A stretch of DNA of 62,886 nucleotides, the filler included, from Bonamia ostreae (Eukaryota), in NCBI GenBank assembly GCA_040357525.1. It is 52 parts of 52 records of this genome, joined end to end, with 100 filler letters (N's around TTAATTAATTAA, not from the genome) between each part and the next. Parts side by side here need not be neighbours in the genome. Positions count along the whole stretch, not along the records: positions 38,850 to 39,958 come from JBDODL010002678.1; positions 40,059 to 41,167 come from JBDODL010002679.1; positions 41,268 to 42,376 come from JBDODL010002680.1; positions 42,477 to 43,585 come from JBDODL010002681.1; positions 43,686 to 44,793 come from JBDODL010002682.1; positions 44,894 to 46,001 come from JBDODL010002683.1; positions 46,102 to 47,209 come from JBDODL010002684.1; positions 47,310 to 48,417 come from JBDODL010002685.1; 44 more parts are not named here. The stretch is one strand, 5' to 3'. The notes beneath the pieces were generated by a model. That model did no database searches. It was not told the origin of the DNA and was given only the letters and a program-made list of their open reading frames with translations. A program made the translations under genes and the position numbers. Numbering within the stretch: position 1 is the stretch's first letter; the number at the start of each line of letters is the position of its first letter. Shown piece by piece: positions 39,853 through 52,561 of this stretch.

Positions 39853-40495
39853 TTGACTAAATTTCAAATCCAATCTTTAATGTTTTCATTTTAATGAGAA
39901 GATACATTAAATTGACCATTTTATTTGCAAAAACGACATTAAATCGATCACATTAAATNNNNNNNNNNNNNNNNNNNNNNNNNNNNNNNNNNNNNNNNNN
40001 NNTTAATTAATTAANNNNNNNNNNNNNNNNNNNNNNNNNNNNNNNNNNNNNNNNNNNNCGACATATCTTCGAAAACGAAATAAATTAAAATTAGATAATT
40101 TTGTTGAAAGATATAATAGTCTTCTTTACAAAATAAGAAATTTAAAAATTGCCTTTTTCTAGAAAATTTATCACATTTGAAAGTTAACTTTTCCATTTTT
40201 TGAAATTTAAAGATTCAAAAATGTCTTCCTTTTAAATTTAGAGCATTATGTACTGTGAAACTTATTCCCGGCAAGAAAGGTTTCAAAGCATTAAAACAAA
40301 AAATTTTGACAAAATGTTTGTTGAGGGATTAATTTTAATCAAATTGGAGATCAACGGCTGAACTCGGAAGGGTTGGTGGGTGCTATTTACCAAATTTCTT
40401 ATCGTTTTTTATTTATTTCGTTTTTTAATTCTTCGGATCGGGCTTAATTTTATATATGCAATTTCCGAACAAACTGAAATATCAAATAAACCGAA

Positions 40496-40834
40496 ATGCC
40501 AACTACATTCGAAATGTTTAGTCCCGAAAAACTAGATGAATATGATCGCAAAAAGAAAAATCGAGAATCTGCAAAAAAATCTCGATTTAAAGCTGCAGTG
40601 CGCAATCGACAAATAGCCGAAGAACACAAAATACTCAAAATTAAAAAAAATTCTCTCAAAAGCACGTTCGATCGCGAACAAAGTAATTATGAATCGATCA
40701 TCAAAGTTTTGAAAGATACGCTTGAAATCAAACAGGGGTTCAACAAAATTGTCGGAATGGATCAAACAGATAAAAATATTCTTTTGTTAGATAATAGCGA
40801 ACTGAAAAATTGTATGATCGAAAACTTTGAATAA
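40496..40834 (+). CDS. bZIP transcription factor-like protein
   Basis: RKKKNRESAKKSRFK basic region followed by a heptad coiled coil. Confidence 0.75.
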   Translation: MPTTFEMFSPEKLDEYDRKKKNRESAKKSRFKAAVRNRQIAEEHKILKIKKNSLKSTFDREQSNYESIIKVLKDTLEIKQGFNKIVGMDQTDKNILLLDNSELKNCMIENFE

Positions 40835-43687
40835 ATGTTATTTCTTATTTATAATTATTTTTGCAGTTCATCCGATTTAGTTCTAAAAGAAAATATGTTT
40901 AAAATGAATCAAATTTTTTATTAAAAAGCGACTTATTATTAAAATGATTTGTAAAAAAAATCAGAATTTGCATTTTCGTTTTGTAAATATTGAATGTTGC
41001 TTAAATATCTGATTTTACAGGAGTTCATTTCCAATTATTCAGACCCAAACCAACATTCCCTTTCCGGCTTGTTGGCATTTAATGGCTATTTTCGGATATG
41101 TCCCTTTTTTAGACTGTCTATTCACGTCTGTGAAAATCACGTTCTGAAAATTTACATTAATGTGTGTNNNNNNNNNNNNNNNNNNNNNNNNNNNNNNNNN
41201 NNNNNNNNNNNTTAATTAATTAANNNNNNNNNNNNNNNNNNNNNNNNNNNNNNNNNNNNNNNNNNNNGCGGTGTTTTCACATACAATTACTGAAGGCATT
41301 CAAAGTATGAGATACGTGTTTCTAGCATTAAGGTGTTATCAAAAACACTAAAAAGCAAAAACCAGTTGATCGTAATTGTACACATGACAAAATCTTTATT
41401 TGAAGATATGCACCGTTACATTTTCCATGTGAATACAATGTCGTAAAACGTCGTGAAACACTAATGGATCCTATATGTATTCACACCTTCCTACGTCATA
41501 CGATTATGAATTTATAATTTCATGAACACAAATTAAGGTTTCAAGGAAGACAATGTTTTCCTTTGTAATACATGTAGTTTTCTGAATATCAATTAATTGC
41601 AGATAATTCTATGAAACGCCTCCGATATACAGCTGTGTGTGGATCTAGAATTTTTTGCGGGAGAAAGGAGCAATATTTGCATGGGGATCCAACCTCTACT
41701 AGGGTTCACCAAACCACCTGTATTTTATTATCACTTTGCATTTTAAATAGGGGACTAATTCGGTACAGGTTTAGTACACAGTTTTGGTCAATCGCAGCTA
41801 GCAGAAAAGGGCTTCGGGCCCTTGGCTCCCCTTCTGAATACGCGCTTGTTAGTTAAGATTTATTTGGGTTTTCATAAGTCTGTTATTCGTCTTGTGAATT
41901 TGGTATCTGAATTTCATGAATTATGCAGTAAACAAATGTTAACATCTTGTTCCATCTTTGTGTTGCGTATAAACAGCTGATACATAGTTGAAATATTTAT
42001 ACAAACTTCGTGATCTTAAAAATCATCATTATGGTTAAAACTATAAACAATACCTCCCACGACAGTTGGTTTGAAGAAGTTGGGTAAATTTGCTCTAAGG
42101 TAGACCAAGTAGAGAAATTAAACAAAACAAAATACATACATATATGACTGTTCATTTTCTACGTCAGAGCACATCCGATGTTGCATGAATCATAGTGTCA
42201 AGAGAAAAAGAATGTATTTCATATTATAAAATACGACTCTAATCAATATTCAGAAGTAAAATTTTGAAAAAGAAACTGGAGACAGCTGACCTACCCTACT
42301 CACTGTTGGAAAATACATGTATTAATTTTACTTCTCTTGACGATGCTTTCATCGACAGACAAGTCATCTTCATAGTNNNNNNNNNNNNNNNNNNNNNNNN
42401 NNNNNNNNNNNNNNNNNNNNTTAATTAATTAANNNNNNNNNNNNNNNNNNNNNNNNNNNNNNNNNNNNNNNNNNNNATCCTTGTGTGATGCAATCAATTT
42501 CTATTTACTGCTTTTTTTACGTTGTAAAATTATAAAATATTTGCACCTTTTACTGTTGAAATTAATTTACAAGGGATGAATTTCATTTCTTTTTATTTTA
42601 TATGATATAAATATGTTAGACGGCTTTACACTTTCTATAAACCGCTCTGCGATTTATAAGCGTAAATTGTCCCAAACCAATGTGTATCGTAGAAGATGAA
42701 AACATATATTCATCCCTCAAGTACTTTCGTAATATTTTCCAAAATTGCATGATAAAAACTGACGCTGTCAAGAAAGTTATTGTTAAGATGTACAAACATG
42801 TAATAACGTTAGCGTGAGATTACATCACATAAAAAAATTACAACCCCTAAGTGATTCAAATCTAGATGCATGCTATTGGTCCAATTAGTAGATTCCATAT
42901 CGAACCAATGTAATATGTGGATGTGGAAACTCATTTTTAACAATCACAGAGCCTCGCTCTTGTCAATGGAAATTATCAAATGTTTTTCTGTTTCGAAGTA
43001 TTGTCTGAAATCCACGACCGCACAACCAAGAGACGAGCGTTTTAATATGCAGTGAGTTTCCCCTGAAGAGTTAGGATGAATTCAGACCTGTAATTCAGAC
43101 ATTCAAAACAGACCCTCTACTTGATTCTGTTCTTAATATATCAAATCGATGTCGTTGAAAAAGTAATTTTGAGGTGTAAATGACATTTTTCTGTATAGCA
43201 AAATATAATTATTTGACAGTGTTAACGTAGGGATGCGGGCAGATGCATCCGACTTCAGAGCAAGCGGAATATTTCTAAAACAGAGAGTAAAATCCAGAAA
43301 AGACCAAAAAATGACAGGCAAGTTTCGTATTTATAATATAAAGTGATAACATATTCAGCTCTAATAGAACTTGTCATTAAAATGTAGATGCCAATTCAGT
43401 GTTGAAAACGTATAAAATGAAATGATTCCAATGGTTTTAAAAATAAGCCACTTGATTTACTGTTTGGATTCATATTATGTGAAGGTAAGAAATGCAAGTT
43501 TCATAGTGATAAGGAATTAGTGGAATGTAAAACCTGAAGCTGTCTGAGAAATTAACTTATTTTCATCACAATAAGCGGCATATATNNNNNNNNNNNNNNN
43601 NNNNNNNNNNNNNNNNNNNNNNNNNNNNNTTAATTAATTAANNNNNNNNNNNNNNNNNNNNNNNNNNNNNNNNNNNNNNNNNNNNTT

Positions 43688-44050
43688 TTAACATAGCAAG
43701 TTAACATAATCTTCTACAGCCCCGTTTCTGCCATGTACATTTGATTCATAATTATAACATATCCACTGGGAACATTCCTCATAAACATTAGGTGGTATCT
43801 TCGCCTCATTACAAACTTTTATAAAGTTTTCTATATATCTTTCCTGTTCATGTTTCACGCAGTAAATCATAAAAATTCATCGATAAGATTGTTGACAGGT
43901 CACACTCCGATACCTCTTGAACATGTCGTCTTTTCTCCGATGGATGATTTTAGTCACAAGCAATGCATCTCTTCTTTTGAAATACTTTTCTATTTCTTAT
44001 CACATCTTCTGCGCAACATTTTATAACAATATCGTTAAAATCCTTCTATG
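43688..44050 (-). pseudogene. Possible decayed non-LTR retrotransposon gag/ORF1 remnant
   Basis: QWICYNYESNVHGRNGAVEDYVNLLC resembles a decayed CCHC knuckle; upstream frames are interrupted. Confidence 0.2.
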
Positions 44051-46101
44051 AAAAACCGACCTCGGAAAAATTTTCCATGAAAAAGTATATTTATAGGTGT
44101 TTTAAATTCTATAACTTCAATCTTTTTCCACCTTTTTTCATTTGGGATGTTTAAAACATTTCTTCTTTTATTTATATTTTCCTATACGAAGGCTACAAGG
44201 ACATAGATCGGATGCTTCGCCCCCTTAACAAGTTAGGCCCATTTCTACTTATTGATGGGCTATACAGACACGCTCCTTTTGTTCTTCACTTATAATGCTA
44301 ATTTTTCTTGCTTATTTTCTTTTACTTTGGAACAATAATTATTACTTCTTTTGTGTCTTTAAAAGGTTCTATTTTCCTTCCGTACCTAAGACCAAAATCC
44401 TACTGTGCAAGAAAACACAGAATGGCTATTGATAATTCGTCTTTTTTTTTTTTAACAATCTCACATCCTTATTATTGTCAATTCCAAAACAATACAAATT
44501 AGCCATTATTTGGTCCTTTACATTACGTTATTTCTTTGCCTTATTTTATGTACGTATAGTATTGATTTACAGCCCCAGATAAATGACTCAGATAAATGAT
44601 TGTTTCTCTGATGGAGGAGGGGAGAGCTTAACCTATCTGTGCGTTATGGCTCCGACAAGAAATTATATTTAGCTGGAGCTATATCTCCTTGATGGTTATG
44701 ACCCTCTCTGAATCAAACTTTCTGGATTGTCTCCTCTTCCTTTCCACCCCCCAGTTAAACTCCTCCCCGCAGAGCCATACGGACACAGAGCGGNNNNNNN
44801 NNNNNNNNNNNNNNNNNNNNNNNNNNNNNNNNNNNNNTTAATTAATTAANNNNNNNNNNNNNNNNNNNNNNNNNNNNNNNNNNNNNNNNNNNNGTGTACC
44901 AGTATAGCACAGGTAAGAGTACTATATTTTTGATATAAATCTACGTCTACGATTGTTAGTGAATACTTTTGAAATTTGAAAGGTGATTCTCTAAGCAAAA
45001 TATCTCAAGGATTGGTTACATGTGTCTGTGGAAAGTTTGCATGGTTTTTTGAGAAAAGCACTTCAATAGTTAAAGAGATTTTGCCTAGCTCAAGTTTTTT
45101 TTAACGTAGGTCAAACTTGAAAGTTCGAGGTCACAGGGTGGTGAAAACTGTGATACCACAAGGGATACAAATATTAAATATGACCGTCCTATAACTCACA
45201 ATGAAAACATAAGAGCTAAGTTCAAATTGAGTAAAAAGAAGAAGAAAAACCGCAACTGAAGTGATGGGACATAGAATAATTGATTTAGAAAGATGTGCAG
45301 GTTGATGCAACTTAGTGCAGTTTTTGGTAATCTTAAAAATAATTTGTTTTCATTTCATACATACCTATGCATGAGTTTTTGATTTTAATATTATTACACT
45401 ACATCAAGATACTTGTATATCAATGACTAATCACTGATCTTCTGTTATTGAGAAAATTCATAAATATTTTCCTGATGTATTCCCATGTAAAAAGTTGATC
45501 CTAATTGTGGCTTAACTGCAGGTATAAACGACCGACATGTTACTCCTTCTGGGCACTTGGTCCAACACCTGGTATGTCCAGGGTTCCATGTTTGTCCAAA
45601 CCTTAGTTTGTAGGAGTTTATTTTGTAGGACTGGAGATCAGAGATTGATTACTGTTTCTTATCTTCACATTTTCACCCTACCCCCTGAACTCGCATTTTA
45701 AACAAACTTTATTCTGCATATTGGTACTAGTAAGCATAACCATAGTCTTAAAATTATCTTCCTTATCCCAAACGTCGATATCTTCCTACCTAGATATCTT
45801 TTCACATCGCGATGAATAATCATGGTCCTGTTGCAATATTATTCCCATATGTTCACAGGTAAAACTTTGATCCATGTTGTACTTTTAACCTACAACTGGA
45901 TACAAATATTTTAATAATTTTGGATAATGCATGGTCTTTCATTTGAACCAATTTGAATTCTGATTAACAAAAGGTAATCTGTGCCAAATTTGCTTTAAAT
46001 CNNNNNNNNNNNNNNNNNNNNNNNNNNNNNNNNNNNNNNNNNNNNTTAATTAATTAANNNNNNNNNNNNNNNNNNNNNNNNNNNNNNNNNNNNNNNNNNN
46101 N

Positions 46102-46456
46102 CAATGATTCTTCAGAAGATTGTTGTAAAAGATTTCCATATACATGTATCATCACATGGTAAAACGTTGATCCCTAATTGTGGTCCCACCCCACATCCAG
46201 GAGCATTTTGTGAGTAAACTCGAATCTGTATTACGTCAGACATTTGTCATTTGTCAATTTGCTCGATTATTTCACGTTTCATGGAAGCCTGGACCTTCAT
46301 TTGAAGATACTTGAATTTTTTTTTATCAATGGACGGCTTGTACCACGTTTGATTGAAATGTAGAGAAGATCAAAATGTGAAAGGTTTACGGACAGACGAC
46401 GGACGAAAGGTGATAAAAAATTTCACTTTAACTCTCACGTCAGGTGAGCTAAAAAA
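46102..46456 (+). mobile_element. Oyster-type Helentron-associated (HINE/pearl-like) element 3' end; related fragments in 44894-46001 and 60860-61500
   Basis: gaagatcaaaatgtgaaaggtttacggacagacgacggacg microsatellite followed by terminal caggtgagctaaaaa, as recalled for oyster HINEs. Confidence 0.7.
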
Positions 46457-46591
46457 GTAAATCGCGTTATTTTCAAATCAGATCTACTAAAGCGACTCTG
46501 TATACCTAAACTTTATCCTCCAATTTTTGAATAGGGATTAAGTAAAAAATAAACTGCCATCACCAAGATTGTATAATCGCAAGAACCTTAC

Positions 46592-46777
46592 CTTTGTCCT
46601 CACTAACATAAGACTGTCTTGCTACTCCAATCCAACTAGGACTAGTGTGCTTTGGGGATATTCTCTGGCAATCCTGATCAGCATTGTTTAAAGTAACATT
46701 TCCAAACATGTATTCATTCTGACGTTCGCATTTGATCATTGATGCAGTCCAGTTCACATTGATGTTGTCCATGATCT
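46592..46777 (-). CDS. C-type-lectin-like exon (host)
   Basis: VNWTASMIKC...C......SWIGV between a TAG acceptor and a GTAAGG donor. Confidence 0.5.
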
Positions 46778-47334
46778 CTATTAAAGAAATGTGCATTTAT
46801 AAATAAGATTTTTTTTCTCCTTCAAGAGTTTGAACTAGATATTATGTTAAAAGAGGGGATGATTAACTTTAATTGATTCAAAATTGTAACATTTGTCTAA
46901 CGATTTGACAATTTTCTCAATAAACAACAAATATATAAACAGAAAAAATACCTTAATGGCTCACAGGGATATATCAAATCGACATATGAATGAAAGCTAT
47001 CATTGTTAATAGACAAAACGTCATACATAAATATAAAAGTACAATTTAATCTAAAAGCGAACAAATATTAACAACAAAAAAAAAAATATTCCTCTCGGAG
47101 AAATACAAGAAACATTTTCAAATAAATAATTTAATTACGTCATACCGAAACACTAAGCAATTTATAAATCAATCTACAGCATTAACATGAAAACATACCA
47201 ACAAACAAANNNNNNNNNNNNNNNNNNNNNNNNNNNNNNNNNNNNNNNNNNNNTTAATTAATTAANNNNNNNNNNNNNNNNNNNNNNNNNNNNNNNNNNN
47301 NNNNNNNNNTAATATTCATAACGTAATTTTTCAG

Positions 47335-48417
47335 AGTGATTGAAGCATATTACGAAAAATATATAAAAGTCAAATCGAACTTAAAAAACCGCGGGGGCGA
47401 GTCGGAAATTGCCCACAATTTGGCAAAGTTTTCCGCTAATTATCATATGGAAAATTAAAAATTTATAAACTTTAAAGATTGGTTAGCGAATTGGACTCTC
47501 ACAAAGAATTGACTTGTGTGGAGGAGTTAATTGTTTTGATGTCTCGAAACAATAAAATTCCCGATAAGATTGTTCCCGCTCTTTGGGATAATTTTGGTTA
47601 TTTGAATACCATTTTTACGCTTAATTTTCACGCGAATAAATTTTTCTAAAATAGAAAAACAGATTAAAATATTAAAAACGGAGGAAAATTTTGAAGATGG
47701 CCAAAAATTCCAAATTTCAAATCGAATCGATATTTCTTTAAACTCTCTTTTCATCGTTTCGATAATCGCCCAAACTAAGCCGCAAATCGTTTCTGAACAA
47801 TTTGGGCAAATCTGCGACTTTTTCATAGAAAATCTCAAAAATTTTGCTTTTTTCACAAATTCGATGCTCGTTATTTTTTGGATTCGACAAAATTTAGCCA
47901 TTTTTAAAGCTATTTTGCAATGACCAGAAAAGCTAAAATTCGATAAAAATTAGTCATATTCTACAACAATGTACAAATATTTCTTCGAAATTGCCGAACG
48001 ATGCAACAAAAGTTTTAATCGCAAATTCGATAAGTCAAAAAACTGGAACAAACGCAATTAGAAAAAATCGAAAATTTAGCAATTTGGCTAATTTTGGATG
48101 AAAAAGCGATCGACGAAAGAAAATGGTTTTCGGTTGCACAAAAAGCTGTGAACGCCATTTTCTCGTTGTCGGAATCGCCTTCTGATTCGATCACGAAAAC
48201 TCTGAAGCAATTCGCCGAAGAAAAGAATTTCAAGCAGCCAAACGATTTGGCTAAATTTTTGTTTTTAGTCGGGGCCGTTGCAATGGCTGTTTTGGTGTTG
48301 ATGGAAAAACAAGAAAATTCCTTGAAAGCACTAAAAGCGAGAAAAGACAAAATTGATAATTTGATCGCAACGGAAAAGGGAGAAAACGCGAAAAGTTCTG
48401 GTCATTTTTGTGAAATT
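47335..48417 (+). CDS. NCAPD2: Condensin complex subunit 1 (NCAPD2/Cnd1/Ycs4), internal multi-exon part
   Basis: ELTCVEELI, IIAQTKPQIV, WFSVAQKAVNAIFSLSESP and LAKFLFLVGAVAMAVLVLME match Cnd1 motifs. Confidence 0.75.
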
Positions 48418-48715
48418 NNNNNNNNNNNNNNNNNNNNNNNNNNNNNNNNNNNNNNNNNNNNTTAATTAATTAANNNNNNNNNNNNNNNNNNNNNNNNNNN
48501 NNNNNNNNNNNNNNNNNAAATAAAATCTTTTAAAATATTTAATTTTATAGAAATAGCTTTCTAAGTAAATTAAAAACGATATAGTAACAGAATGCATTTC
48601 GGAAGATGAAGACGACAAGTAAAATTTTAAGAAAACAGACCCGATTTTAGACAACAAAATCGATTCCCGTTTGAAAAATTTAAATTTACAAAAAATTAAA
48701 ATTTTCGAAAATAAG

Positions 48716-49215
48716 AGCAGAAAAAACTCAACGACGATAAAAGCGAAAACAACGTCAAAAATGACATCGAAGAAGAAAACATCAAAAGCAAAACACCTCT
48801 CCGCGACAGAGACTCCGACACCACGTTTTTCTCAAACAAAAACGGTTTGCAGTCGATACCAAGTCTCAAAGACTTTTTGGTCTTCGATCGCACCAAAGAT
48901 TACGAGAAAGAGCCGCTGGAGACGTTCTCTCTCGTATTTCCAACGCGCGAGCTATTGAGACCGGGAAACAAGAGACTTTTGGAGTCGTTTCAGAAAAGAA
49001 TAGCCAATTTTTGCATTGGAAAGTATCCGCTTGTTTACGACGTGGAGGATCGGAGAGTGGTCGTTTTGAAGTATAGAGACAAGCGGTGGACGTGGAATCA
49101 GGAATGGGACAAAGAGACGAAATATCCGCGGAGGAAGTACTTTGCGGAGAGTCGGCCGAGAGTAAACGGCAAATTTGCGAAGATAAGAAAAGACGAGTTT
49201 TATGAAGATGAGTGA
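48716..49215 (+). CDS. CCT-domain protein, last exon
   Basis: KYRDKRWTWNQEWDKETKYPRRKYFAESRPRVNGKFAK fits the CCT consensus RY.EKR......K.I.Y..RK..A..RPR..G.F. Confidence 0.82.
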
Positions 49216-50034
49216 ACATTTTTGGCTAAATTTTTATGGCTATTTTTTTGTTTTTAGAATTTGGTCATTTTTCGAAGATTCGTCGTTTTTGAATTTCCGG
49301 TGAAGATAAAAATTTTAATTTCGAAGAACAGAAAATAAAAATTTAAATTAGATGCCAAGAGTCCACAATTTGGTTGTTTTGTCATCGGAGCAAGTTACAA
49401 TTTTAGTGAAATCATGTTTGCACCAATCGACACCGGAAACTTCTTTTTTGTGTTTTTTTAATTTGATCATTTTCTCTTTCGACAACTTTTTATTTATTTT
49501 GAGAAAGATTATTTACATTTTTATTTACTTTTTATTTTTGTGGATCAGCAAATAAACATCAAAACGATAAAATAACAAAATGAAAAAATAACAAAGAGAA
49601 AAAATAACAAAATGAAAAAATAACANNNNNNNNNNNNNNNNNNNNNNNNNNNNNNNNNNNNNNNNNNNNTTAATTAATTAANNNNNNNNNNNNNNNNNNN
49701 NNNNNNNNNNNNNNNNNNNNNNNNNAAAAAAAAATTAACTAAAAAAAGAATAAAATTGAATAAATTTAAAAGATTAAATTTTAATTAAATATTTTACAAT
49801 GCAAAAGCATTTAAACGAAGAGAAAGGGAGAGAGAAAAGATCTCCGAATAACCAAAGTTGTTCCTGTGAACGAAGATATGAAGTAGCGGAGAAATAAAAT
49901 ATTTTTTAAACATATTTTTATAAAATGAGTTCTAAATTTTATAATTGGACTCATTTTTAAAATTTAACAATTTAAAATATTGATTTTTTATATCCGTTTG
50001 AAGATAAATTTTGATATTTGCAAAAATTTAAAAT

Positions 50035-50276
50035 TCAGCTTTGTTTTTTAATGTAATGTTCTTTTAAGTAATTTGAAACGATAGCTTGGGAGCCAAAATA
50101 TTTCAGAACGCATCTGTCAATACAGACGCCTTCGCCAACGTTCAAATCCGCGGAAGAAAAATCGTCTACACATTTCTTGTAACAAATCTCGTGAATACTT
50201 TAATTAAACTCTAAAACTTTCTGTTCAGATTCTCTAACCCTAATTGTGCAATTCTTTTCTCGAAATCGGAATCCAT
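50035..50276 (-). CDS. TIM10: Small Tim chaperone Tim10; 20-nt intron 50198-50217 (absent from the ORF track)
   Basis: 73-aa spliced product with twin CX3C: ICYKKCVDDFSSADLNVGEGVCIDRCVLKY. Confidence 0.88.
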
Positions 50277-50353
50277 TTTAGATTAGTTTAGTAATATTGG
50301 ATTTTATTATATTATATACAATTTAGATAATAAACTCATAAGCTTTTCATAAA

Positions 50354-50811
50354 ATGTCTTTTCTGTCAGCTCTAAAATATTTTGCTAAAAGCATTATTTC
50401 CTATATAATCAACTTAGTCGACAGCTACGCAATGTTATGTATCGGTCTTTTTACAAGTTTATATTTATAATTAAAGCTTCCATAATTGTCTTCTTAAGCT
50501 TCTCCACTGTTTATTTAAACGTCCTTTACAGGTTTTAACTGGAATTAAAAAAAGTCTTCCGATCGCGATTCGATCAAATCCTCTTTTGGCAACACCGACT
50601 CTGCTTTTGTTCATCGCCGCTCAAATTTTGATGTGGCTTAGCTTTCTGCGCGCCGTTTTGACGGACAACTCTGTAAAAAATCACATTCAAATTTCTGATT
50701 TAAATTCGACTGCAGAGAAAAAATGGTGCGTCAAATGTACTTATCTGAAGCCGGAAAATGCTCATCACTGCAGAAAGTGCAACGCTTGTGTCGTTGAAAT
50801 GGATCATCATT
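50354..50811 (+). CDS. DHHC palmitoyltransferase, N-terminal half; introns 50457-50476 and 50532-50554
   Basis: KWCVKCTYLKPENAHHCRKCNACVVEMDHHC; two tiny introns restore the frame from the ATG at 50354. Confidence 0.88.
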
Positions 50812-50933
50812 GTTATATTTTTGCGATTTTTTGNNNNNNNNNNNNNNNNNNNNNNNNNNNNNNNNNNNNNNNNNNNNTTAATTAATTAANNNNNNNNNNN
50901 NNNNNNNNNNNNNNNNNNNNNNNNNNNNNNNNN

Positions 50934-51152
50934 AATGTAAATCAAATTTTTATTGACAAAAAAATAATAATAAAACATGTTTGAAAACGAAGCGTTTGTT
51001 AAAACGAAGCAAAATTTGATACAAAAGACGAAATGTAAATCAAATTTTTATTGACAAAAAAATAATAATAAAACATGTTTGAAAACAAAGCGTTTGTTAA
51101 AGCGAAGCAAAATTTGATACAAAAGACGAAATGTAAATCAAATTTTTATTGA
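50934..51152. repeat. 98-nt tandem repeat, ~2.2 copies
   Basis: aatgtaaatcaaatttttattga at 50934, 51032 and 51130. Confidence 0.85.
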
Positions 51153-51216
51153 TTCGGTTTGTTAAGTAAATCTTTTCTCATAAAAATTAAATACGAAAAA
51201 TTAGAAAAAATCAAAA

Positions 51217-51573
51217 ATGACAAAATCGGAAGAAGGCAAAATCCTTTGGTACAGCAAACTAAAAAAGAAAGGTTTCATTGAAACCGGCGAAGGCGAAGAA
51301 ATATTTTTGAGCGAAATCGCTTTCAAAAACTCTTTCGACAAAAGCAAAATTAGAAAGGACGCAAAAGTTTCATTCGAAATCGGTCTCAGCAAAAGAGGAA
51401 ACAAATACGCTAAAAATGTTCGGATTTTAGAAAATCGCAATATGTGCAATGAGCCATTAAAGTCCGAAGACATGTTTTTGGGGTTTGAAGAATATATGAC
51501 GAAAGAAGACAAAATATGGAAAATGGTTGCTGCAATTGTTTTTAATTATGGCGATTTTGATTTTGTGAACTAA
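51217..51573 (+). CDS. Cold-shock-domain protein
   Basis: GKILWYSKLKKKGFIETGEGEEIFL...VSFEIGLSKRGNKYAKNVR. Confidence 0.75.
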   Translation: MTKSEEGKILWYSKLKKKGFIETGEGEEIFLSEIAFKNSFDKSKIRKDAKVSFEIGLSKRGNKYAKNVRILENRNMCNEPLKSEDMFLGFEEYMTKEDKIWKMVAAIVFNYGDFDFVN

Positions 51574-51575
51574 AT

Positions 51576-51996
51576 TTATTTTCTGAACGACTTTATTTTT
51601 TCCCACTTTTTTTGGGCGCCGTTTTTATAATCGTATTCGAAAAAATTGACTATCGCGTCGTTTATTGAATATAGAGATTGATTCCAATAATACGGATACA
51701 TGTTTTGGAGTGCTTTTTTAGAAGAAAGGTTTTCGGACATTTGAGCAGATAAAATCGGATCTATCTTTCTCTCTGAAATTTGGCAAAGCATTTTGTTCTT
51801 TTGTGATATTCTTCCAAATCTTTCCTGTAAAGTTTAGAGCTTTAATTAAACAAACAGTCAATTTTTTAAGATTTTCGATGTTTTTGCTTATTTCGGACTT
51901 TATCACTCCAAAGTTGCAGTCCAATTTTCTGGTAAACCTGTCATAGGCTATGCCGCTACAGACCAATCCTAACGAAAAGCTTCGGATAATCGACAT
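51576..51996 (-). CDS. Small membrane protein, possibly MICOS Mic12/QIL1-like; one 31-nt intron
   Basis: Two ORFs join in frame via gtttgt...tttacag. N-terminal hydrophobic segment with G..S...AY; C-terminal WN motif. Confidence 0.4.
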
Positions 51997-52561
51997 TATA
52001 TCAGAAATCGCTAAATATTTGTGCGTAACTTAAACATGGGNNNNNNNNNNNNNNNNNNNNNNNNNNNNNNNNNNNNNNNNNNNNTTAATTAATTAANNNN
52101 NNNNNNNNNNNNNNNNNNNNNNNNNNNNNNNNNNNNNNNNTTTTTGTTTTGCAATATTTTAACAATTTTTTTGTCGCAAAAAATTTTTTAATAATATCGT
52201 CTAATCATTAAAATCTGAAAAAATGTCTTCCAATAACGGATAAAATTTTACGAAAAGTTTTAAAGTTTTTATTGACCATTTTAAAAAAAAAATTAAAAAT
52301 GCGATTTGACATTTTAAAAAAAGTTTTTATTGACCATTAAATCGCGATTTTCATACCATTTTTACATATTCGGTCACAAATTGCAGATCGATTGTGAACA
52401 CAATTGCAGAATAATTTTAGACTTCATTAATAAATTTTTATAAAACTGAAATCTCAACAACAACGAAAAAATAGCAAAAAAGGATAAAATTAATGTTTTG
52501 CCAATTAATGCTAAAACGCAATTTAAATTTAGGAATAGTTCTTCTCTTTTGCTTCTTTGCA

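Noticed and set aside
35798-50811. The two DHHC fragments as one gene or a cluster
   Set aside because: They are complementary halves and could be one gene split at an intron, but they lie on unlinked contigs, so this cannot be shown here.
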